64,000 nt of DNA, from NCBI GenBank assembly GCA_964016885.1, contig OZ024746.1:61194001-61258000 (forward strand), in the 5' to 3' direction. Position numbers and translations under genes: made by a program. Positions 52,457-64,000 of the stretch are shown in pieces; position 1 is the first letter of the stretch, and every line of letters starts with the position of its first letter. The notes beneath the pieces were generated by a model, which saw nothing but the letters and a program-made list of their open reading frames with translations, was not told the origin of the DNA and made no database searches. The DNA comes from Eledone cirrhosa (lineage: Eukaryota).

Positions 52457-53500
52457 ATGGATTCAACGAGGGGACATTTACAGGATATGAGCCACGAGAC
52501 TGTCAGAACCTTATCAACTCAACCATCTATGCACACAATAAACCATTTAACAATGTCAAATACATATTGCAATGAAACAATGCCATTAATATTTAATTTT
52601 GAGAACGAACCACTTCGAATAATACTTATAACAATTTACTATTTGCTATTAATACCAGTTTTTGGTGGGAACTTGTTGTTAATAATCGCCACAATTAAAT
52701 GCAAGCAGCTGCACACCAGAACCAATTCCCTAGTAGCCAACAGCTCTTGCAGCGATATGGTTTTCGGAACATTTTTGATAGTTTACGAAATAATCCTGTT
52801 ACATTTAAATCGATTAATTCCGGGGCAAATCTTAGAAGTTACTTATTTAATATTTTTTCGTACCGGAATTTCTATATCATTAACTAATCTACTTTTGATA
52901 ACAGCCGAACGGTATTTTTCGGTGTTATGGCCGTTTTGTTACGAGGCACATGTGTCTAAAAAAAGCATCATAGCCGCCATAAGTATGTCATGGTTAGTGA
53001 ATATTCCGATTTGTACAGCTTCCTGGCTTCTAGAAGTCAAATTACAAGCAATCAAAGAAAAACTCGAGGAACATCCTGTATTTGTAGATTCCACCGTATA
53101 CGACTATGTTTGGCTTGCATTTTGTCTACTCGAGTTTAGTTTGTCAATATATTTTTATGCTAGAGTGATATGTGTTAGCTGGCAACAACTGAAAACAATC
53201 CATCGGAACAACAGTATAAACGATTGGTTAGCCAGACGAGACTTACATAAGGCAAAAAGAAGGTCTTTGTTTCTGGGTACGTTCATTGTATTATGGTCAC
53301 CAATATTTTGTTTCAAGATTTTGCGACAGTTTTGTCGGGATATACTTCCCACAGAGTTATTGTCTAGATTCACTAACTTTCTAGTAAAGTTGAACTATTG
53401 TATAAATTTTTTCGTCTATGCCGCCACAAAGACTTACCGTTTGGCATTCAAAGACATTTTCTGTACGCGTCGAGTTTCATCGCGCGTATTTGCACTCTGA
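52457..53500 (+). CDS. Intronless class A (rhodopsin-like) orphan GPCR, ~347 aa
   Basis: ATG in GCCATGG context; seven hydrophobic segments; TM1 GGNLLLI, TM2 SSCSDM, TM3 ITAERYFSVLWPF, TM4 W, TM6 FIVLWSP, TM7 NYCINFFVY, helix 8 YRLAF; N-glycosylation sequon NET. Confidence 0.9.
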   Translation: MDSTRGHLQDMSHETVRTLSTQPSMHTINHLTMSNTYCNETMPLIFNFENEPLRIILITIYYLLLIPVFGGNLLLIIATIKCKQLHTRTNSLVANSSCSDMVFGTFLIVYEIILLHLNRLIPGQILEVTYLIFFRTGISISLTNLLLITAERYFSVLWPFCYEAHVSKKSIIAAISMSWLVNIPICTASWLLEVKLQAIKEKLEEHPVFVDSTVYDYVWLAFCLLEFSLSIYFYARVICVSWQQLKTIHRNNSINDWLARRDLHKAKRRSLFLGTFIVLWSPIFCFKILRQFCRDILPTELLSRFTNFLVKLNYCINFFVYAATKTYRLAFKDIFCTRRVSSRVFAL

Positions 53501-53676
53501 ATGGTAGTAAAGATTTGTATTATTATTGTTGGTGTTGTATATTATTGTTGTTGTTGCTACTACTACTTCTTCTTCTTCTTCTTCTTGTTTTGTTGAGAGT
53601 TTGAGAAAGCAAGTAACAATGCATCCTATACACACATACACACGCACAGACACCAGCACATACACACAGACACACA

Positions 53677-53760
<84 letters not shown>

Positions 53761-54019
53761 GACACCAGCACACAGAGAATATTCATAGATTAAAAAGATC
53801 TTTGTACAATATTTACAAATACATATAGTTAGTAAATCCAATTAGAGTATTTTTGTAGGTCATGCATTCCTTTTACAAATATATGCACATGTAAAGCCAG
53901 AATTGAATACAAAATACAGGGTGTCCCCAAAATATATATATATACACATCAACAGCATTCTAATAAATATGTGTATACATTTTTGTCTATGAATGTCACA
54001 TACAAGATACAACGCGGTT

Positions 54020-54128
54020 TGCTTTCCCAAAAATTCCATTGTCAATACTCGTCGCAAAATATGGGCCGTAGTGGTGAGTACAATTTTCTGAATTTCCTTT
54101 ATACAAGGTTTACCCGGTACAAGATCCA
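54020..54128 (-). pseudogene. R4/Dong-like LINE extreme C-terminal fragment
   Basis: PGKPCIKEIQKIVLTTTAHILRRVL resembles the typical RLE C-terminal IQKxxLxxTAxILRxVL motif. Confidence 0.6.
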
Positions 54129-54956
54129 AGAATTTGTCAGCTGCCGTTGTCTTACGGTTTCTCGTTGAGCCTCTGCACGTTCGTTATCCATGATGGTGTA
54201 TTTTCCAAAACTGAACCGAGAAAAATATTCCACAAAAGAATATATAGTAGTACTAAATTCTGCCACCTTTATAATTACAGCTTGTTACCGTGATACGGAT
54301 GAGTATTCCTTTCGTTCGCACGTCACGCATTAGTTAGTTAGAGAGAGGGGGAGAGGTGGGGTGAGAGAGAGGGGGTAGGTGAAGTGAGAGAGAGGGGTAG
54401 GTGAAGTGAGAGAGAGATGGAATGAGTGAGGGGTGGAATGAGAGTGAGAAAGAAGGTTTTCATAAACGATTTTTCATTAAAAAGGCGGAATGTTCAGTTC
54501 ATAGCTGTCGACATGATACACAGTCTGGTTGAAAATACCGCTACTTTTATCTTTACAGCTTGTAACGTTGATACTGATGCACATTCTTTTCGTTCGTTGT
54601 CACATGACGCTTTAGTTTTTAGAATATCCGGTTTTATTTATTGTGTATTTTCTCCTTAGTTGTTTATTATATGGGGGCTAATTTAGAAAGTGGGGCAGCA
54701 AATCCAATCGGCTCGGGTTACGATTTTTGAGGCGGCCTACTCCAAGGGGATCTGTTGGCTCAGACTAAAATAATAGTATAGTCTTTAAACCACAAATTTT
54801 AGTATATTTCAATTTAAAAAATGGCTTTTACCTACATTTAACGACGAATCTAAAATCTCTTTAACGAGGAATCTAAACTTAAATCTCTAAGTTACATTGT
54901 TTCTGTCTTCGTTTGTTGTCACCTTTAGTTGGTGCATGCTGACTTTACTATCAGAA

Positions 54957-55156
54957 NNNNNNNNNNNNNNNNNNNNNNNNNNNNNNNNNNNNNNNNNNNN
55001 NNNNNNNNNNNNNNNNNNNNNNNNNNNNNNNNNNNNNNNNNNNNNNNNNNNNNNNNNNNNNNNNNNNNNNNNNNNNNNNNNNNNNNNNNNNNNNNNNNNN
55101 NNNNNNNNNNNNNNNNNNNNNNNNNNNNNNNNNNNNNNNNNNNNNNNNNNNNNNNN
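54957..55156. other. Assembly gap (200 N)
   Basis: Run of N. Confidence 1.
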
Positions 55157-55626
55157 GAGAGAGAGAGAAAGACAGAAAGAGAGACAGACAGATAGACAGA
55201 ATTACAGATTTACAGATAATTTTCCAGAAATACAGATAATAATACACATGAACTAATTGGTTAGGATCGTAATGTTGTCGGGTTCGATTCCCGAACAGAC
55301 TGCTGCGTTGTGTTCTAGAGCAAAACACATTATTTCACATTACTCCAGTACACTAAGCTGAGAATGAGTACCAGCTGTAGCCGATGTTCTATCCAGGGAG
55401 AGTCTTGTACTCTCAGTCGCTTAACGCCAAGGAAATCGGGGAGCTTTCGGCTTCGAACAGACTTTAACTATATATTGGTGAATATAGTTATAAATGCAGT
55501 TTAATGTTTAAAGTAAGTGAAATTATGAAGTATTTCATTGGATCAATTCTCATCGTAATACTTTCTGTTCTTTTTTCCTGTACATCTATTTTTCTAACAT
55601 CTATCTGTCCATTTCTCTCCCTCTCT

Positions 55627-55684
<58 letters not shown>

Positions 55685-56656
55685 CTCTGTCTGTCTGTCT
55701 ATTTATTTGTCTCTTTTTCTCTCGCTTCCATCAATATATACCTCTATATAGACATACCTTTATAACAAATACAAACGCTACCTGTAAGATAGCGTGTTAG
55801 CGCTTGTTTACATATAAACACTAAATTGACTACGCAGTACCATAGTAAAGTTTAATAATTTACTAAGGCTGGTCCAGTGCGGGATTATTCTCGAGTTTCC
55901 CCGTTTGACACAAATTCATCAGATATTTAAAGACTTCAATTGTCTTACATTCATTTTACTTTTTGGACGTTAGGGTACAGATATGATTGTGGACGAAGGA
56001 TTAAGATATTTAGAAAGTAAACCTGCATCAGTTGTTAGCTGTCGAGACACTGCATCTATTAAAACCTCCATGCTTCCTGAGATTCGCCAACACTACACCT
56101 AATATTACCCCTCCATACACACGCACACATGTATTTCATGACTCGTACACTGTTCATTTTCCTGACATTTGTACATTATTCTATGTACTATACATGCACC
56201 TTTGATGAGTTGTAGTGCACCTGAGCACTGTACACAATAATTTCATTATTATTATTTTAAACAACTAGAACAAAGATATATGTGAAAGCGCCTGACTTAG
56301 TGATTAGGATGTTTTATTCCTGGCCTTACAATCATGAATTCAAAACCCGGCAGCGCGTTGTACCGTTGAGCAAGACTCTTGATTTCACGTGGCTTCAATT
56401 CCATCAACTTGACAGAAACTAGTTATCATACACAGTGTCATACCGAAACTCCCTGAGAAATATCTTAAGGGTTTATGTGTCTGTGGATGGTCAGTGACTT
56501 GCATTTTAATTTTGCGAGCAGGCTGTTTCGTTGTTTGAACAACTAGAATGCAAACACACACGCGCGCACACACACACATACATACATATACATATATATA
56601 TATAAATATATGAATATATGAAGTGTATATACATTCATACACGCACACCCATGTAT

Positions 56657-56707
<51 letters not shown>

Positions 56708-56849
56708 AAAGTGGTGCATGTAGATATTTGTATAGAAATATATTAAGTAAACACGTGACACGAAATTGAACTACTTAGATGATTTATTTCGAACCAAACA
56801 CAGAATGAATATAATTTTTCCTATTTGCGGTATTCGCTTTTAATTTACC

Positions 56850-56919
<70 letters not shown>

Positions 56920-57688
56920 TATGAAACGAAAGGAGCTGTGTAAAAACAAGGTTTAGGATGGTGGTTAGGACGGAACAGGAGGAGAAAGGAAGAAAGGAGT
57001 TTCCATCGTCAGCTGTAAATGTATCCCGAACCGATGTTTCGGCGCTGACTTACAGGACATCGGTGTAGTTCGGGTGCGCCCGAGGCCTTTTATTAATCAA
57101 AAGGCCAGGTGGAAAAGGAGAGAGAAAGAGAGAAAAAGAAAAAAAGAGGGAAAGGAGGAAGAACAGGGGGGAAAAAGATGAGGAGAGAGGAAGAAGGGGA
57201 AAAATAGGAAAGGAATAGAAGAAAAAAATGTGCAGATCCCATCGCGGGAAGACACGGGTGAAAGAAACATGCAAAAAAGTAACCGTGGAAAAATAGGGAA
57301 AGTAAGTTGTGGCCAACCTGGGAGACTTTAGCCTGGGAGTCAGCTACGGCTCGGAGCTGGTATAATCGTGCTGCCTCTCACATAGATAGGAGAAAGTGAG
57401 AGAGAGACACGGGCAACCAACAGTGAGGAGGAGAAGGGAAAGGGAGATAATCCAGAAGGGCTTTTTTACGACGGTTGTAAAAACGTGCCGCAAAGATTGC
57501 GGACAGAGATGCCACCACGGCACGTGTAAACATGACAACAATCTAAACCGAACGGATGGATAGAGAGAGAGGGAGAGAGAGAAAAAAAAAACGAGAGTGA
57601 GGATGAAAAGGGAAGAGAGAAGGGAGGGTCGATGCGAAAGTGTGGAAGGTACACAGATTGACCAAAGCAAGTAGGGTCACAGCGGTAA

Positions 57689-57780
<92 letters not shown>

Positions 57781-57786
<6 letters not shown>

Positions 57787-58396
57787 AACAAGGGGAGAAG
57801 AATACTGCATGGTTGCACATGGATTACATATTATAAAATTAGTCCCTCATCAGTGATTTGCCAACCATCATTGATATTTCATCGCATTAAAAATCAGATA
57901 CCTCAGGTTGGTGCGAGCAATAACTAAAATAAGCTATTGGGACAAGTGAAACGCGTAAAGCGAGTGAGACAAGTAAACAACAGAAGGAAAAGCAAACCGA
58001 AGGTTGGGAAAACAGCAAGCAACATGATAGTTATCCGATCAGCATAAGGTGGGTGAATTTCATGAGCGGTTAGAGAAGCAGACCGTACGCCGTGAATGCG
58101 GTGTGAGAAAGAAGGAACCCCACTACTAGCGAACGGGAGGAAGTGAGAAGGGGAGAAACAGAGAGTGAGTGAGTGGAAGTGCGAGGAAGAGGTCAGTCGA
58201 GAGAAAGTGTTAACTGACAGAGGGGACGAAAGAAGGTAAGAGAAACAGAGAGAACGGGGGAGCAGTAAGAGAGAAAGAGAGAAACAGATAATCGTAGTTT
58301 AGGTAAATATATATGAAAACCAAGGGGAGAAGAATACTGCATGGTTGCACATGGATTACATATTATAAAATTAGTCCCTCATCAGTGATTTGCCAA
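57781..58396. mobile_element. Repeat family D: 532-nt unit plus ~84-nt terminal redundancy
   Basis: AGGGGAGAAGAATACTGCATGG... at 57791 and 58323; relic GAAAC-gc-GTA at ~57948. Confidence 0.8.
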
Positions 58397-58494
58397 ATAG
58401 AAAACATTGTAGCGAAAAGCCAACAGTATTCCATAATATATAAGTGACTATAGCGTCAAAATGGGAAAAATAGTTAACGTAAGATGTGGGAAAA

Positions 58495-58885
58495 ATAATT
58501 CCTACATTGCGTGCACCATTATGAAGTTGATTATATGACAGTACCTTAGATGTGCGGTCCTCAGCCATCCGTAGAACAGGAGTAGTCAATCTAATTTGAG
58601 ATGATATCAGAAATGACTCAATCCCACCGATGCTGCACTTCGTGAACAGATCAGTGTTGGAGACTATCAGAATGTGCATAACCACAGATAGAGCAAAGAC
58701 ATCAAGCTAATAAATGTGGCTACGATAAAGTACCCATAACTCTGAGACGTATAACAGTGTTGTCAGTACAATTGCACGATAAACTGCAAATTTTATATTT
58801 TATATGACAACTCATAGACAATGATGTGGTTCGCCAAAGGCGTCAGTTGCTTTGGAGACGCGATAGACAATCTCATCATCCAGGG
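58495..58885 (-). pseudogene. RTE-clade LINE RT-downstream fragment
   Basis: LDDEIVYRVSKATDAFG...AVYRAIVLTTLLYVSELW...VLRMAEDRTSKVLSYNQLHNGARNVG, with stops. Confidence 0.75.
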
Positions 58886-59543
58886 AAATATATGCACTTT
58901 TAGAAACTCATAAAAAAATACATTTATTTCTCTACGTATCTACCAATTTATCTGTTTTTCTAGAACCATCTGTTTAGGGATTCACTGACTCTTTTTACTG
59001 GTTTCAGTCTTTGGATTGCGGTCAAATTGGGGAAACCACGACAGGAGTTTATATTAATTAATTCGACATATTTCTTTCTCTATTACTTTTTTCGTTGATC
59101 TCTGTCAAATTCTTAAGTTTTGCTCGGACTAAAGGACATAACCATCACGGAATATGTATATATGACCGGCTTCCAAATGATTTTTAGTTATAAATTGGTC
59201 TCCAAAACAATAGAAGAAGGTGCTGATCATTACGATCAAACGCTTCTTAACAACACAGTCACTCTGGCCATCACTCACATCTCTATATATAGATACATGC
59301 ACGCATACATTCACACACAACACACGAAGGCACGCACACGTACACACATGCACACACACACACAGATATGTATATATACATATAATACAAAATTAAAAGA
59401 TAAAAGATATATGTATATAGATAGAGAGAGATATACATATATCTTATAATTTTGAATTACTATAACTTTGGACAATGTTTATTGAGCTTTTTTTTTATTG
59501 AGAAGCACAAAAATCAAACATATTTGATATGTTCTGATACCTC

Positions 59544-59610
<67 letters not shown>

Positions 59611-59615
<5 letters not shown>

Positions 59616-60733
59616 GGGAAAAAATGAAACGAAATTTCATTTCCCACTCTTAGTGCGGCTGTTACTTAAATATAAGTATGTATACGTACATGCATATATG
59701 TATACATACGTACAGTAGTATGTATATCTATATACATACATGCACACATATATATATGTACGTATGGATTCACCTAACATTTATTATAATGCTCGGTGTG
59801 TTTGTAAACCGTAGTGTCTAGCAACCACCGTTGCTCGTTTGTTCAACACTGACAAAGGAACGCTGTACTAGTTTCAAGCTTGTTAGCTATCGTCAGCAAC
59901 GTATACCTTCCTGCCAGATAGTTGAACGTCCGAAAGTATATACTTTCCTTATGCATATTAACGGCTGAGTAGCCCAATTTGCATATCGAGTGGGTTAATC
60001 GGCCGGGTGCACCGAAAACGATAAACGGAAAAAAAAATGAAACAAAATTTCAATTCCCACTCTTAGTACGGCTGTTACTTAAATATAAGTATGTATACGT
60101 ACATATATATATATGTATACAGACGTACAGTAGTATGTATATATATATACATACATGCACACATATATATATGTACGTATGGATTCACCAAACATTTATT
60201 ATAATGCTCGGTGTGTAGTAAACAAACATCCCGTATTAAGCCGTAGTGTCTAGCAACTTAAATATAAGTATGTATACGTACATACATATATGTATACAGA
60301 CTTATATTTAAGTAACAGCCGTACTAAGAGTGGGAAATGAAATTTCGTTTCATTTTTTTCCGTTTATCGTTTTCGGTGCACCCGGCCGATTAACCCACTC
60401 GATATGCAAATTGGGCTACTCAGCCGTTAATATGCATAAGGAAAGTATATACTTTCGGACGTTCAACTATCTGGTAGGAAGGTATACGTTGCTGACGATA
60501 GCTAACAAGCTTGAAACTAGTACAGCGTTCCTTTGTCAGTGTTGAACAAACGAACAACGGTGGTTGTTAGGCACTACGGCTTAATACGGGATGTTTGTTT
60601 ACAAACACACTGTGCATTATAATAAATGTTTGGTGAATCCATACGTACATATATATATGTGTGCATGTATGTATATATATATACATACTACTGTACGTCT
60701 GTATACATATATGTATGTACGTATACATACTTT
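59611..60733. mobile_element. Head-to-head array of a ~430-nt HHR monomer (~1.6 units, then 1 inverted permuted unit)
   Basis: Unit restarts at 59611 and 60022; inverted arm 60301-60733; HHRs at 59860-59902 (-) and 60486-60528 (+). Confidence 0.9.
60486..60528 (+). ncRNA. Type I minimal hammerhead ribozyme
   Basis: ACGTTG-CTGACGA-tAGCTaacaAGCTt-GAAAC-ta-GTA-CAGCGT; palindromic ACTAGT stem III. Confidence 0.88.
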
Positions 60734-60743
60734 ATATATATAA

Positions 60744-60935
60744 GTAGTTCCACAACAGTTAGTTCACCATTACCGAGAACAATTGTTTTACCTTATTCGG
60801 CTCATCAGCTCGGTTTAAATGAGGTTGTACGGAAAAGGTAATGGCGAACTAACTGTTGCGGAACTACTGCTACCAAACTCGTCCCATGGACTGAGTGCTC
60901 TACTACTACGGATATAACCTACCAGTGTTCTACTA
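60744..60935. mobile_element. Family A inverted-repeat element with HHR at 60772-60814 (-)
   Basis: ACCGAG-CTGATGA-GCCgaataaGGT-aAAAC-aatt-GTT-CTCGGT; ~30-bp inverted arms and a right tail. Confidence 0.8.
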
Positions 60936-60973
60936 TATATATATATATATACATACATACATACATACATACA

Positions 60974-61097
<124 letters not shown>

Positions 61098-61871
61098 AAA
61101 AATCAATACAATATAATTACCTCATTACCAGAGGTTTCCCGAATGAGGCGAATACGAAAGAAACGTCTTCATTCGTTCGTCAGACGAGGCAATATAAAAC
61201 ATGGGTATATATAATTACACACACATATAAATATATATATATATAGCTAAAGTCAGAAAGACGTAAGCAAACACTTAATACGCATAGGCATGCACTCACA
61301 TACACATGCACTCACATACACATGCACCTCCACACACACACTGGACAAACACACAAATTGGACAAACACACAATTTGGCCTTTACATACAAGTAGAGACA
61401 CGATTATATAGTAAAGCACTCGTCATTTACAACCAATATCACTGCCTAAACGACATATTCGTGCCAAACGCCTCTTTAAGGTTTTGCGTCAAATCACTTA
61501 TGTAAATATTAAACATGTCACCCAATTGTGACATGCTCGTGCTACACAATCTATTGATCATACGGTTATTTAATATTGTTGACATGACTGTTCGATTTCT
61601 TTAATACCGTGTACGTTATGTACAAGCGTGCTTGTACATAAAATATATATATGCGCGTGTTTTTGTATGTGTGGTATGTGTGAATGTATATATACACACA
61701 TTATACATATAGACATACACACGCACATACAGAGAGCAAGAAGGGAATCACAGTTAAGGTAAGGTACTCAATACATCAGGTAAAGTGTAGACATGATTTT
61801 ATTTAATCAAATTTGGAGGGGCTTCTAATGGACTGAAACTGTTCCATTCGGTAGTAAAAGGATGGTATATA

Positions 61872-61934
<63 letters not shown>

Positions 61935-62063
61935 GAGAGAAGAAGAAGAAGAAGAAGAAGAAGAAGAAGAAGAAGAAGAAGAAGAAGAAGAAGAAGAAGA
62001 AGAAGAAGAAAGTGAGAACAGGAAGAAACGGGAAAACAGCCATTTTGGAGAGATGTATATATT

Positions 62064-62425
<362 letters not shown>

Positions 62426-62459
62426 AATATATATATATAAATATAAATATATATATATA

Positions 62460-62493
<34 letters not shown>

Positions 62494-62495
<2 letters not shown>

Positions 62496-62806
62496 GTTAT
62501 GTAATAAACAACATAAGGCAATTATTCCATTTACCAGTGGTTTCTTAAAAGCAAAAGATTTTGCTTTCAATCGTCAGAATGAAAAAATCCTGGTCTGTTT
62601 ATTGAATTTGGATTTTAAAAATCCAAATTCAATAAACAGACCAGGATTTTTTCATTCTGACGATTGAAAGCAAAATCTTTTGCTTTTAAGAAACCACTGG
62701 TAAATGGAATAATTGCCTTATGTTGTTTATTACATAACTATTAAGCTCTGTTACCTACATAGAGCACTCTTTTTTCCTGGACTTTTCCGACGGAATTACT
62801 TCATTT
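62494..62806. mobile_element. Perfect 247-bp palindrome with two hammerheads, 62526-62583 (-) and 62651-62708 (+), plus a ~65-nt right tail
   Basis: TTCATT-CTGACGA-TTGAAAGCAAAAtcTTTTGCTTTTAA-GAAAC-cactg-GTA-AATGGA; centre at 62617; (TA)n flanks. Confidence 0.9.
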
Positions 62807-63018
62807 ATATATATATATATATATATGACCAATGGACAACAACAACCACCCATAATTTGTGGTCCCTATGGTGGATGGTCCACCGGATCCTCTACTGGTT
62901 AGGAGTCATCAAAACCACGTTTTATTGAACCTGATTTTATATATGTATTATATGTATATATATATTTTATATGTGTATATGTGTGTATTTTGTATGTATA
63001 TATATATATATATATATG

Positions 63019-63050
<32 letters not shown>

Positions 63051-63903
63051 GTATTTTATATATATATATGTGTATGTATATTTTATATGTGTATATATTT
63101 TGTGTATGTATATATTTTATACATATATGTATTTTATATGTATATATATTTTGTGTACTCTTTTACTCTTTTACCTGTTTCAGCCATCCGGCTGAGACCA
63201 TGCTGGAGCACCGCCTGTGTATATATATATTTTATATATATATGTGTATTTTATATATATATATATATACTTGTGCGTGCATATATATATATATATACAC
63301 ACCTGTATGGATTTGTGTGTGTAGATGTGTGTGTGTCTGAGGGGGTAGGTGTGAGTGTATGTACAAGTCAACCAACATAAGCCTTTTATTTCTAAATTTT
63401 CTAAACTAAGTATTTGACTCTAACCATTATTTTAAGTATTACCACTCCACATTTTGTATGTGTGGATGTGTGTGTGTGTTTGTGGAGGTGGGTGTGAGTG
63501 TATGTGCAAGCCAACCTACATAAGTCTTTTTATTTGTAAATTTTCTACTCTAACCATAAATTTCAGTAGCACCACTCCACATAAATTCCTCAAAATTAAG
63601 AATGACCTGTAGTATCTATTTCATACTATTAACCTTAATTGAATATATATCTGACCAGGAATGCTTTTTGTGAAAATCAGTCATATGGAATTATTGTCAT
63701 CTTGCCTGACGGTTTGAACTTTACAACACCACCTGCCTCTTTGAGGTCAAATACCAACCCTACTAGCATCTACAAACTGACCAATAAGAATTAAGACTAT
63801 TCCTGCTGACAACATTAAATTATTCCTAACAAGCTCATATGTCCCAAGGCTCTGAAACCATCAACACCAAAAACACAGAGCTGGCATATCTAAGAACTGA
63901 CTA

Positions 63904-63959
63904 ACTGCCTGATGAGGTCATAGCCATTCAATGGCTATCATCGAAATATATATAGCAGT
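63904..63959 (+). ncRNA. Type I hammerhead ribozyme followed by AATAAA
   Basis: ACTGC-CTGATGA-ggtcATAGCCATtcaATGGCTATcatc-GAAA-t-atat-aTA-GCAGT, then AATAAA at 63961. Confidence 0.8.
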
Positions 63960-64000
63960 AAATAAAGGATTATGAGTTCATGCAATTGACTTATGTTTCG

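Noticed and set aside
61140-61176. CGAATGAG...GAAAC-GTC-TTCATTCG hairpin
   Set aside because: Has the 3' half and a stem, but no CTGAnGA core; not counted as an HHR.

Overview
AT-rich, microsatellite-saturated animal genomic DNA; the SINE and microsatellite landscape suggests a cephalopod such as Octopus (inference). The only clear host gene is an intronless rhodopsin-class GPCR (52457-53500, +). The rest is repeats: a 5'-truncated Penelope-like element (RT + C-terminal GIY-YIG) with inverted termini; CR1-, CRE-, R4/Dong- and RTE-type LINE fragments; two tRNA-type SINE families; Helitron/Helentron-like elements; piggyBac-like MITEs; minisatellites; kilobase (TA)n mosaics; and a 200-N gap. The most striking unannotated signal is a set of short non-coding elements of several unrelated sequence families, mostly in (TA)n tracts. 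They carry minimal type I hammerhead ribozyme (HHR) motifs, with about 19 intact or degenerate copies found by eye. Many are head-to-head palindromes with both RNA-sense 3' ends pointing outward. Some are more-than-unit-length repeats: 312-nt and ~430-nt HHR monomers that are circularly permuted, and a 532-nt unit with only a relic core. This fits retrozyme-like circular or multimeric RNAs copied by Penelope machinery. Nearly all low-complexity ORFs in the track are microsatellite artefacts. Repeat boundaries were read by eye and are approximate.
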